From: Candidatus Enterousia sp.
GTDB taxonomy: Bacteria > Pseudomonadota > Alphaproteobacteria > Rs-D84
Length of the DNA: 64,000 nucleotides
Direction of reading: 5' to 3'
Assembly: GCA_045612805.1 (NCBI GenBank)
Contig: JAZKZR010000010.1
Coordinates: forward strand, 263,965 to 327,964
Shown here in pieces: positions 27,380 to 36,807 of this stretch. Both the position numbers and the translations under genes were made by a program. A model generated the notes under the pieces. That model saw only the letters and a program-made list of their open reading frames with translations. It did not search any database and was not told where the DNA came from. How positions within the stretch are numbered: position 1 is the first letter of the stretch; every line of letters begins with the position of its first letter.

Positions 27380-27679
27380 TACAGCATACAATTTATATGC
27401 AACAATTATAATGCAACGTATTTTTGCTAAAACGGTTCGTGTTTTTACCTAATTTTTTCTCGTCTACACCACAGAATAAAGATAGATATTTGTGATATAA
27501 AAGTTCCCTGGAAAATTGTTCGTTTCACAAAAGCGGTAAAAATTTTATAAAGTTTATTTATTTTCTTGAAATTTGTTATATAAACTGCAAAAATCCACCA
27601 GGTGGACGGGGCGCAAAACCAAAAAATCGGGTACGCAGGTTGTGGTGCCTGGTTAATCTAACCAGTATGGAAGGATAAA

Positions 27680-28534
27680 ATGTCTTTAACAATACCAAAG
27701 GTATCTGTTTTAACGCCGATTTATAATACAAATCCCAAACACTTGCGGGAAATGATTGAAAGTATTTTGAATCAGACCTTTACGGATTTTGAATTTCTGA
27801 TTTTAAACGATTCGCCGGAAAATACAGAATTAGATAAAATTGTAAAATCATACAAAGATGAAAGAATCAAATATTTCAAAAACGGAAAAAATCTTGGAAT
27901 TACACCGTCGCGGAACAAATTGCTAAAAATGGCGCGCGGGGAATATATCGCGATTTTTGACCATGATGATATATCAGTGCCGGATCGTTTGGCGCAAGAA
28001 GTTGAATATCTGGATATGAACCCACACGTTGGTGTTGTGTCTGGGTGGTTGCAATATTTTGGTGATCGCAATGATATATTAAAGAACCCGGAACACGATT
28101 TGAAAATACGAACTTTTTTAACACAGATGTGCTGTGTTGCGCATACTGCGGCAATGATACGAAAATCTATATTGATTGATAATAACATTGAATATGAAGA
28201 ATATTATACCCCGGCCGAGGATTATCGCCTTTGGGCGCGTTTGATGAATATAACACATTTTTATAACATTCAAGGGGTTTTAGTCAAATACCGTTGGAAT
28301 AATGCCAACACTTCGATAAAATACGCGAATTCAATGGGGTTGCATGGTGAAGAAATTGCGTTGGATATCAGAAACCGGTTCCCGGCGCATTGGAAATTAT
28401 TTAATAAGCAACCTGATGCAAACAGAACTTTGTTTCGGTTACGTCTATTTGGTATAATTCCAATAATAAAACTAAAAAACAATTGGGTTTTATTGTTTGA
28501 GTTTATACCAGTAATTAAATTAAAATGGAAATGA
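27680..28534 (+). CDS. Glycosyltransferase family 2
   Basis: VSVLTPIYN, SILNQT, NDS, DHDD and EDY motifs. Confidence 0.93.
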   Translation: MSLTIPKVSVLTPIYNTNPKHLREMIESILNQTFTDFEFLILNDSPENTELDKIVKSYKDERIKYFKNGKNLGITPSRNKLLKMARGEYIAIFDHDDISVPDRLAQEVEYLDMNPHVGVVSGWLQYFGDRNDILKNPEHDLKIRTFLTQMCCVAHTAAMIRKSILIDNNIEYEEYYTPAEDYRLWARLMNITHFYNIQGVLVKYRWNNANTSIKYANSMGLHGEEIALDIRNRFPAHWKLFNKQPDANRTLFRLRLFGIIPIIKLKNNWVLLFEFIPVIKLKWK

Positions 28535-28535
28535 A

Positions 28536-29738
28536 ATGTCACCAAACGTTCAACCGGTTACGCGTAGACATAAATTATACAAAATCATTTATACAGGTTG
28601 TTACACCCGCTTCGTATTTTTGCACTTGTTGAAATTTAACATTTATAAATATCAACGTGTTTCATTCAAGCCGTTTTATCAAAGATTAGTAAAGTATAAA
28701 AATTCTGTTTTGTATTTTGATCACGTACTTGGTGGCGGAACGGCGGTATATTCAGATAGAAGAATTAAAGAATTATCTAAAAATTATAATGTAGTAGTAT
28801 GTCAATATGATGGAAACATTAAACGATACATATTTTCGTGTAAGAATGAAAAAAAATGCATGATAACAAGGGATGCTAATTGCAAAATTTTAGGGTTGTT
28901 TTCGCATATAATAGTGAATAATTTAGCAGGGTACAAGAAACCGCTTGAAATTCTGGATTTGGTTGCACACACAAAAAATACAAATCCGATAATACGTATC
29001 GAATTTATGGTTCATGACTTTTTTTGCATATGCCCAGGAATTCATTTGTTTAGACCGAATTTAACATCATGTGTAAAAAACAACATCGTAAATTGTACCT
29101 GTTGCCAAAAATATCCAGGTTTTCCAAGTGTTGATACGTGGCGCGGAACATGGGAACGTTTTTTAACTGATACTGTGAACGATATAACAGTTTTTTCTGA
29201 AAGCAGTAAAAAAATATTACTTTCTGTTTATCCTTATATTGACCCTAAAGTTCGGGTTGTTCCACATAATGTGCCACCTATGCGCAAGGTGAATATAGAA
29301 GCACACGATAATATAAACATCGGCGTGATTGGTAATTTACACCCCATAAAAGGTCGCGCAATTGTTTGTGACATGGTCCAGATATTGCCAAAAGATGTAA
29401 ATATTGTGTGTGTGGGATCACTAAGTGGTGATAGACCCGAACATTCGCAGTTTATATGTACCGGTACATATGATTTGGATGATTTGCCAGATATTATAGA
29501 AAAACATCGGATAGATATCGCGTTGATTCCATCGGTTGTGCCAGAAACATTTTCTTTCACCACATCGGAATGTATTCTGATGGGGGTACCTGTTGCATGC
29601 TTTAATATTGGTGCCCCAGCAGAAAGAGTTTCCAAATACAGGTACGGGTTGGTTATTAGTAAAATGGATGCCAAAACCGCGTTAAAAGAAATCTTGGATT
29701 TTGTTAATAAAATAAGGAATGGGGCTTTAAATGGATAA
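28536..29738 (+). CDS. Glycosyltransferase (GT-B / GT4-like)
   Basis: HVLGGGT, HDFF.ICP, KG and PSVVPETFSFTTSE motifs. Confidence 0.85.
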   Translation: MSPNVQPVTRRHKLYKIIYTGCYTRFVFLHLLKFNIYKYQRVSFKPFYQRLVKYKNSVLYFDHVLGGGTAVYSDRRIKELSKNYNVVVCQYDGNIKRYIFSCKNEKKCMITRDANCKILGLFSHIIVNNLAGYKKPLEILDLVAHTKNTNPIIRIEFMVHDFFCICPGIHLFRPNLTSCVKNNIVNCTCCQKYPGFPSVDTWRGTWERFLTDTVNDITVFSESSKKILLSVYPYIDPKVRVVPHNVPPMRKVNIEAHDNINIGVIGNLHPIKGRAIVCDMVQILPKDVNIVCVGSLSGDRPEHSQFICTGTYDLDDLPDIIEKHRIDIALIPSVVPETFSFTTSECILMGVPVACFNIGAPAERVSKYRYGLVISKMDAKTALKEILDFVNKIRNGALNG

Positions 29739-31743
29739 AATTACAGAATTAAATTTTGTTCGCAACAAATCAGTCTTGATTGTTGAACCGCATCCGTATC
29801 ATGCGGAAACTTTGCCGGGAAATGCAAAGTATTTTGCCGATTTGGGGTACAATATTGATGTTTTTATGACGGATGAAAATGAACGCGAACAGCCGATGTG
29901 TCGTTGCCCCGATGTTGCGCGCGTTTTTACCGGGACATTGCATGATTTGGAAAGTTTTTTAATGCTGGATTATATAACAAAGTATGATTTCGTGTTTTTT
30001 AACAGTATTACCTATCGTTGTTCACAATATGTGCCATCAATGTTAAATATGCATAAAATGCCGAAATATGGTATTTTGGGTGTGGAACATGATGTTCTTT
30101 GGCGTGCGTGCGATAATTTTACCGAATTAAACAAGATGATTAATGCCAAACGTCTATTTGTTTTAAGTGATGTTGATAATATCCCACGCATGAATCCACA
30201 TTGGTTTGGTGATGTAAAAATAACGCCCAAAAAAGACAAGGTTACATTTATCGCAGTCGGCGTTATTGATACATCGGTTAAAAATCATCAAATCATAGTG
30301 GAGGCGGTAAACCAACTTTTGGCAAATAATATTACTAATTTTGAAATAATTGTTATTGGACGCGGCAAAATGGATTTGCCCGAAAATGTGAAAAATTATG
30401 TTCGTATTTGTGGGCGTTTGAATTTTCCAGATATGTTCGCGGAAATAGAAAATGCTGATTTCTTGCTTGGGCTTTTGGATTTTAATAATCTGCAACATCA
30501 TCGCTATTTGCAAGGCCAGGCATCCGGATCCGTCCAATTATCATACGGATTTCAAAAGCCATTGATAATGAACGAAGTTTTCGCCCGGCATTACGGATTC
30601 TGTGATGATGATTCTATCATGTATTCTGAAAATGATTTGGGGGGCGCCATGATTCGTGCGTATAAAATGTCGGCGAATGAATACCAAAATATGCAAACTG
30701 CATTATGTTCGACCGCAAACACGATTTACGAACAATCAAAAGAATCCCTAAGAAACACGATACAAATGTGTGAAAAAACGACACAACATATTCCGATTGT
30801 TTTTGCATTTGATGATAATTATGCTTTGCCGGCATCTGTGGCAATCAAGAGTTTAATAGATACGGCATCACCCAATACGATATATGACGTAATTGTTTTC
30901 TATGATAAATTAAAAAAACGCACGAAAAGAATTATTGAACAAATTTATCCGGTGCGGTGGGTAAGGGTGGATGGAACTTTATTAAAAGGCGCACCAACCG
31001 GATGGAGTGGTATCGCAACGTACTATCGTTTAATGCTTGCGGATTTATTGCCGGAATATGATCGTGTTATATGGTCTGATGTTGATGTTTTGTTCCGCGA
31101 TGATTTATCTGAAATCTATAATATGGATATGGATGGGGCGGATTGGGCCGGTATTATCGCAGAAAGACAAGATGAAAAATATGGGGTCCACCAACATTTT
31201 TCGGAAAATAAAAAACCTTATGTGTTTATGCCGGGCTTTATGATTGCGAACACAAAACAATGGCGTGCAAAGGAAATGTTAAGTCGATTCCTGCAAACAA
31301 TTCGTGATTTTGGCCCAAAACTTAAAATGTTTGATTTGGATGTTTTGAATTTGGGCGCTGATAAAATTGCGGCTGTGCCGTTTGATTATTGTGTGCTGGA
31401 AGAAATATGGAATCATCATGATATAAGAAATGCGCCGGAATACCCTTGGTTGGCCCGGGCCCAGGGGCATGATGCATTGATTTGTGCCAAAGAAAACCCG
31501 AAAATTATACATTATGCGGGGGCGCCAGTAAAAATATGGTTGCGGCCCTTAAAGGATATTTCGGATGAATATTTACCATATTTACTATCATCCCCAATGT
31601 TTAATAGCAAATATTGGTACCCATCGTTTCCGCGCAAATTACACTCGTTTTTGATATGGTTGGTAATAAAACTTATGCCAATAAAATCTGTACGACGTAA
31701 CTTAAAAATAAAACGTAAAAAAATAATTTGTGAGGAGAAATAA
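29731..31743 (+). CDS. Bifunctional glycosyltransferase (GT-B-like N-terminus + GT8 C-terminus)
   Basis: C-terminal IPIVFAFDDNY, YYRL, DVDV and IIHYAG (GT8); N-terminal ~340 aa look GT-B-like. Confidence 0.82.
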   Translation: MDKITELNFVRNKSVLIVEPHPYHAETLPGNAKYFADLGYNIDVFMTDENEREQPMCRCPDVARVFTGTLHDLESFLMLDYITKYDFVFFNSITYRCSQYVPSMLNMHKMPKYGILGVEHDVLWRACDNFTELNKMINAKRLFVLSDVDNIPRMNPHWFGDVKITPKKDKVTFIAVGVIDTSVKNHQIIVEAVNQLLANNITNFEIIVIGRGKMDLPENVKNYVRICGRLNFPDMFAEIENADFLLGLLDFNNLQHHRYLQGQASGSVQLSYGFQKPLIMNEVFARHYGFCDDDSIMYSENDLGGAMIRAYKMSANEYQNMQTALCSTANTIYEQSKESLRNTIQMCEKTTQHIPIVFAFDDNYALPASVAIKSLIDTASPNTIYDVIVFYDKLKKRTKRIIEQIYPVRWVRVDGTLLKGAPTGWSGIATYYRLMLADLLPEYDRVIWSDVDVLFRDDLSEIYNMDMDGADWAGIIAERQDEKYGVHQHFSENKKPYVFMPGFMIANTKQWRAKEMLSRFLQTIRDFGPKLKMFDLDVLNLGADKIAAVPFDYCVLEEIWNHHDIRNAPEYPWLARAQGHDALICAKENPKIIHYAGAPVKIWLRPLKDISDEYLPYLLSSPMFNSKYWYPSFPRKLHSFLIWLVIKLMPIKSVRRNLKIKRKKIICEEK

Positions 31744-32501
31744 TGATGTTGCGATTTTTAATAAATCTTGTACCGATTGCCAAATACCGTAAACGTTTGT
31801 TATACCGGTATTTCCCATCGGCACGTCCGGGCTTTAATGTAAAGGAAAATACACGTATGCTTATGGTGTGTCCGCATCCAGACGATGAAATGTTGGGTGC
31901 CGGTGGCATGCTATTAAAGCACGCCAAACATTTTGATTGTATTTGTATGGCATCTGCGGGTGTAAAAACACCAGAAATTGATGCCGAACCGCGCGCGGAT
32001 TTGCGTATTCGTGAATTTAATGCGGTTATGGATGCGGTCGGTATAAAAAACAGATGGATTTTTAAGACATTCGGTGTTCCACCTATGTACGACCAGATTG
32101 AAAAGTATTTTGATGATTATTGCAAAGTATTGGACCTGAAAAAGTACGATTATATTTTTTTACCGAATCCCAAGGATTCGCACCCAGAACATTTATTCAT
32201 AACAAATAAGTTATTCAAAAAAATAATGCGTCATAACGGTTATAACCCAGATGTACAAATTTTGTTTTATGAAGTTTGGCGAACGATTTCTATTCCAGAT
32301 TTCTTTTATGATATCTCAGATGTGGCCAAGAAAAAATTTGAAATTATTGGATTGTATAAATCACAAAATGGGTGGATAAATTATCCGTATCGTATCGAAG
32401 GTTTAAACCGATATCGCGGTATGCAAAACAACAACACCGATTATGCCGAGGCATTTAAAATTGTTTCTGTGAAAAAATATCTAAAAGGAACAAACAAATG
32501 A
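31743..32501 (+). CDS. PIG-L family deacetylase
   Basis: PHPDDE, R..E, HPEH, YKSQ and YAEAF motifs. Confidence 0.9.
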   Translation: MMLRFLINLVPIAKYRKRLLYRYFPSARPGFNVKENTRMLMVCPHPDDEMLGAGGMLLKHAKHFDCICMASAGVKTPEIDAEPRADLRIREFNAVMDAVGIKNRWIFKTFGVPPMYDQIEKYFDDYCKVLDLKKYDYIFLPNPKDSHPEHLFITNKLFKKIMRHNGYNPDVQILFYEVWRTISIPDFFYDISDVAKKKFEIIGLYKSQNGWINYPYRIEGLNRYRGMQNNNTDYAEAFKIVSVKKYLKGTNK

Positions 32502-33115
32502 TAAAAAGAAAACTTATTAAATTAATTCCAATAAAGAAAATTCGTCATAAATTGCATGAACAATACGATAAACAAGAGCTATATAAAAGACATCCGATTT
32601 ATCGTGACAATTTCATAGGTTACGGCGTCGTTTTATCGCACGAAGAAAATATGGATTTTGGCGGAAAAGTATTTGTGGGTGACGATTCAAGATTTTATGC
32701 CGAAGCCGGACTTAAAATAGGTGCCTATACGAAATTCGGGCAACAATGTATTATTATGACCACAGAACACAATTATAAAAGTGATACACGAATCCCATAT
32801 GACCATAGTGATATTGCAAGACCTGTTGAAATAGGAAAAAATTGTTGGATAGGGCTGCGTTCGATTATACTTGGGGGTATAAGGATAGAAGATGGTGCCA
32901 TCGTTGGCGCGGGCAGTGTTGTGACAAAAAGTGTGCCAAAGTGTGCGATTGTTGCGGGAAATCCCGCGCGTATAGTTGGGTGGCGCGATATCCAAGAATA
33001 CGAACGTTTGGAAAAAGCGGGTCTTAATTATCCACAAGACCAAGAACCTAAATATTCGCTTATTTGGGATAATTCTGGATTTAGACCGTTTATGCAAGAA
33101 GAGACAAGTAAATGA
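32498..33115 (+). CDS. Hexapeptide-repeat O-acetyltransferase
   Basis: VEIGKNCWIG...IEDGAIVGAGSVVTK...VAGNPAR. Confidence 0.92.
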   Translation: MIKRKLIKLIPIKKIRHKLHEQYDKQELYKRHPIYRDNFIGYGVVLSHEENMDFGGKVFVGDDSRFYAEAGLKIGAYTKFGQQCIIMTTEHNYKSDTRIPYDHSDIARPVEIGKNCWIGLRSIILGGIRIEDGAIVGAGSVVTKSVPKCAIVAGNPARIVGWRDIQEYERLEKAGLNYPQDQEPKYSLIWDNSGFRPFMQEETSK

Positions 33116-34281
33116 ACCTTTTGGTAAAAATTTTAACATTTTGGATACCTGTGCGTGTATGGCGGCACAAATTACGTCATTGTGTTGAAAGATGGTTATC
33201 TGATTTAATACCACTGCAGGACAATTGGATTGTGTTTTATGATACTTTTTCAAAGTCTGGTAACGGCGATAGCATATATCCGCTTGCATCAGAGTTGCGT
33301 AAACATCATCCAACTATGCGTTTCTTTTTCGTATCAAACGTGCCACGCGATATAGAAATGGCCGATGAAGTTTTAGTCCTTGGGTCTAAACGTTATGATT
33401 ACATCATGAAACGGGCAAAATATTTAATTTCTCCAATGGATGTCCCAAATGGCAAACGCCATGGTCAAATTTGGGTAATGACCTGGCATGGCGCACCACT
33501 AAAAACAATTGGTTTATTACGTCGAAACGATACAACCATGCGAGAGTATGTAAAATCTTTTCGTAATTGTAATTATTTTTGTAACACATCAAGTGTTTTT
33601 GCAGATTTATTCAAAAAATCTTTTGATTTAACTGATAGTATGTTTGTAAATACTGGTTTGCCAAGAAATGATATTTTGTTACATACAAATAGAGATGTTA
33701 TTGCGGAATCTGTGCGTAAAAAACTTCATATTCCTAAGAACAAAAAAGTTTTATTTTATTGCCCAACGTGGCGACGAACAGATTGGCATCAACCCATGCC
33801 ATTTGATATGGAAAAAATGAAACAAGAATTAGGAAAAGACTATATTCTATTGATACGTTCGCATGTTGGCAAGCATACGTGGGTTGATAAAAATGGGCAC
33901 GATATAAATGATAGTGATATTAATAATGAATTTTTTGTAAATGTTGCAGACTATAATAATTTATCTGAATTGTATTTAATTACGGATGTTTTTATCACCG
34001 ATTATTCGTCGGCTGTTTTTGATTTTTCTTTACTGGAACGCCCACAAATTTTATTTGCATATGACTTGGAACAGTATATCACAGAAATCGGGTTGACAAT
34101 GGATTACTATAAATTTTCACCATTTCCGATTGTAAAGACGCAACAGGAATTGATAGATGCAATTAAAAATTCGTCGAAACAAAAACCAAATGATTTACAC
34201 GAATTTAGACAACGTTATGCAGAATATGACAAAGGTTCTGCATCCCGGCAAATTTTATCGATAATTGGGTTGGAGGAATAA
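33112..34281 (+). CDS. CDP-glycerol glycerophosphotransferase (TagF-like)
   Basis: TWHGAPLK, GLPRND, CPTWR and ITDYSS motifs. Confidence 0.92.
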   Translation: MNLLVKILTFWIPVRVWRHKLRHCVERWLSDLIPLQDNWIVFYDTFSKSGNGDSIYPLASELRKHHPTMRFFFVSNVPRDIEMADEVLVLGSKRYDYIMKRAKYLISPMDVPNGKRHGQIWVMTWHGAPLKTIGLLRRNDTTMREYVKSFRNCNYFCNTSSVFADLFKKSFDLTDSMFVNTGLPRNDILLHTNRDVIAESVRKKLHIPKNKKVLFYCPTWRRTDWHQPMPFDMEKMKQELGKDYILLIRSHVGKHTWVDKNGHDINDSDINNEFFVNVADYNNLSELYLITDVFITDYSSAVFDFSLLERPQILFAYDLEQYITEIGLTMDYYKFSPFPIVKTQQELIDAIKNSSKQKPNDLHEFRQRYAEYDKGSASRQILSIIGLEE

Positions 34282-35643
34282 ATGACAACTGTAATAACAT
34301 ACGGAACTTTTGATCTTTTACATACAGGACACATAAATATATTAAAACGTGCCAAAGAAATGGGTGATTTTTTAATAGTCGGGGTAACATCTGATAAATA
34401 TGATCGTGAACGTGGCAAATTAAATATACGACAATCATTATTTGAAAGAATCGAGAATGTAAAACAAACAGGCCTGGCCGATAAAATCATAATTGAAGAA
34501 TACATTGGTCAAAAGGCGGATGATATTCAAAAATATAACGTTGATAAATTTGTTATTGGTTCAGATTGGATTGGTAAATTTGATTGGTTGAAACAATATT
34601 GTGAAGTTATATATCTGCCACGAACCCAAGGTGTTTCTTCCACATTATTGAGAAACCAGCAGGATGGAATATTGAAAATAGGAATTATCGGTAACGGCAG
34701 AATTGCTTCTAGGTTTATGTTTGAATCTAAATATGTAAGTGGAATAGATGTCTGTGCGGTTTTTGGTAAAAATGCAAATCACGTTCGAACTTTTGCCGAT
34801 AAATTTCAAATTGATAAAAATTTTACAGATTTAGACGCATTTTTTGATGTTGTTAATGCGGTATATATTGCGACTCCGCATGTCACACATTATGATTATA
34901 TTAAACAAGCAATTTTGCATAATAAACACGTTTTGTGTGAGAAACCAATGGTGTTATTAAAATCCGAAGCGCAAGAGTTATATGATTTGGCTAAACAGAA
35001 CAATGTCGTGTTGTTCGAGGCTGTAAAAACTGCCTATACCCCATGTTTTTCTCAATTGGTTGGTATCGCTAAAAATGGCACCATCGGAATAATCAAAAAT
35101 GTCATCGCAACTTTCACAAAAATTATTCCTGACAAAAATTTACGCGAATGGAACAAAGATTTGGGCGGCGGCGCTTTTAATGAATTGGCATCATATCCCT
35201 TATTGGTCATTGCAAAATTATTGGGCACCCAGCCTCTGAAGGTTCATTTTACGTCATTTTTAGATAAAGATACGAATGTAGATTATATGACACGCGCAGA
35301 TTTTATTTTCAATGACTCAATCGCAACCGCTATCACAGCCATAGGTGCCAAACAAGAGGGCAGTTTGGTTATCGCTGGGACCAATGGATACATATATGTA
35401 CCGGCCCCGTGGTGGAAAACAGAATATTTTGAAGTAAGATTCGAAGATACATCAAAAAACATGAAATATTTTTCACGATTTGATGGGGATGGATTACGTT
35501 ACGAATTGGCTGATTTTCTCGCTGCATTACATAGAACATCTGTGAATTATAAACTGGCGGCCCAAGAAAGTATTTTTATGGCAAATGTCATAGAGCAATT
35601 TAATAACGCACTTCGCACAAGTGAAAATATTGACATATTATAA
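34282..35643 (+). CDS. Glycerol-3-phosphate cytidylyltransferase (TagD-like) fused to a Gfo/Idh/MocA oxidoreductase
   Basis: ITYGTFDLLHTGH and RTQGVSST, followed by GIIGNGRIA and CEKP. Confidence 0.9.
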   Translation: MTTVITYGTFDLLHTGHINILKRAKEMGDFLIVGVTSDKYDRERGKLNIRQSLFERIENVKQTGLADKIIIEEYIGQKADDIQKYNVDKFVIGSDWIGKFDWLKQYCEVIYLPRTQGVSSTLLRNQQDGILKIGIIGNGRIASRFMFESKYVSGIDVCAVFGKNANHVRTFADKFQIDKNFTDLDAFFDVVNAVYIATPHVTHYDYIKQAILHNKHVLCEKPMVLLKSEAQELYDLAKQNNVVLFEAVKTAYTPCFSQLVGIAKNGTIGIIKNVIATFTKIIPDKNLREWNKDLGGGAFNELASYPLLVIAKLLGTQPLKVHFTSFLDKDTNVDYMTRADFIFNDSIATAITAIGAKQEGSLVIAGTNGYIYVPAPWWKTEYFEVRFEDTSKNMKYFSRFDGDGLRYELADFLAALHRTSVNYKLAAQESIFMANVIEQFNNALRTSENIDIL

Positions 35644-35647
35644 AAGA

Positions 35648-35674
35648 GAAGGAATTACATGGTGTAATTCCTTC
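35648..35674. terminator. Hairpin between convergent genes
   Basis: GAAGGAATTACA-TGG-TGTAATTCCTTC. Confidence 0.8.
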
Positions 35675-35682
35675 GTCTTTGT

Positions 35683-36543
35683 TTAGAGAGCAATTCCCGA
35701 CACTTGCCATCCGCCATTTGCATTGCTTGAAGCATTTATCGAAAAACTTGTCGTCGTTTTTGCTGTTATTCCCGGAACGTTTTGTCCATCGGTATTTTTT
35801 TCTTGAAACAGCAGTAAAGTATAATTTGTATCAGACATCGTTACGGGCAAATTTATAGTTATAACCGCATCAGTCATAGATGTATAACCACCTTGTTCAA
35901 CCCATCCACTTTTATATTTGCGGTACCATGTGTAATTATTTTCAGCCGTAGGCATTTGCGATTGAATAACATAATCGGAAATATTGCTCGTTCGCGAATC
36001 CAATGTGCCAATGCTTGTCGTATGTCCGCCAACCGTGGTTGATAAATCGGTTACGGTTTGCCGCAAAGTGCCGATGTCGCCAAGCGCGGTTATTTGTGCG
36101 CTGACGGTTGCGATGTCTTCGCTTATCGCCGCAATACGCGCCAACAATGTTGTCGCCGAATCTTTATCTGCGATTTCTGTGTATTGTGTGTGCAGTGTGT
36201 CGAATTCATCTTTCAAATCTTTCAACACTTCCATAAGATAATTCATATCTTGGTTAACCGTTGTCGGGTCGATTTTCGCCGTGGGTTGGTAATCGATTGT
36301 GCGACCCAGGGGCAGGGCGCGCGCGATTGTTATACTGTCCAACGCGGTCGGCGCGGTTTCAAAAACAACCTTGCCACCCGTATACGGAATGTCGGCGTCC
36401 ACACCGCCCGGTGTGCCGATAACCTGGTACCCGGTCGCGGGTTCGCCGTTTTTTGTCACAATAACATTTGAATTTTCAAAATATGGAAAATTAAAGGTAA
36501 ATTCCGTTGTTTCCCCGTTTCCCATGTATGATACTTTTTGCAT
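35683..36543 (-). CDS. Phage tail-fibre-like protein
   Basis: T7 gp17-like N-terminus (SYMGNGETTEFTFNFPYF..NVIV...ITIAR), a coiled coil, and C-terminal WYRKYKSGWVEQGG. ATG 36543 follows AAGGAG. Confidence 0.8.
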   Translation of the reverse strand: MQKVSYMGNGETTEFTFNFPYFENSNVIVTKNGEPATGYQVIGTPGGVDADIPYTGGKVVFETAPTALDSITIARALPLGRTIDYQPTAKIDPTTVNQDMNYLMEVLKDLKDEFDTLHTQYTEIADKDSATTLLARIAAISEDIATVSAQITALGDIGTLRQTVTDLSTTVGGHTTSIGTLDSRTSNISDYVIQSQMPTAENNYTWYRKYKSGWVEQGGYTSMTDAVITINLPVTMSDTNYTLLLFQEKNTDGQNVPGITAKTTTSFSINASSNANGGWQVSGIAL

Positions 36544-36670
36544 TTTTTCTCCTTTTGTTATAACAAAAGGCCGCGCAATTACGCGCGACCAAATAAAAAA
36601 CGGACAACATCCGCCCGCTTTCACATCGAGTATTATACCATAAAATTCGATAAAAAGCAACGATTTTTTC

Positions 36671-36699
36671 TTGATTTTTCATTATTTTTTCTATATAAT
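36671..36699 (+). promoter_or_regulatory. Sigma70 promoter of rpsA
   Basis: TTGATT-N17-TATAAT. Confidence 0.7.
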
Positions 36700-36807
36700 G
36701 CGTGCTGATTTCGTGGGCGGGCGCGGAATCGGTCCGATTAACCCCGCAAGACCTCGCGGTTTTTCCAATAAAAATGGCTGCGACGGCAAACTTTGTATGA
36801 ATTTATA

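Noticed and set aside
27585-27670. c-di-GMP-I riboswitch, suggested by GGGCGCAAAACC
   Set aside because: No GNRA-capped P2 or receptor and no GGCAAA element in the right place; kept only as an unassigned leader.
35683-36660. Prophage at the tail-fibre gene
   Set aside because: No adjacent integrase, capsid, terminase or lysis genes; flanked by the glycan operon and rpsA.
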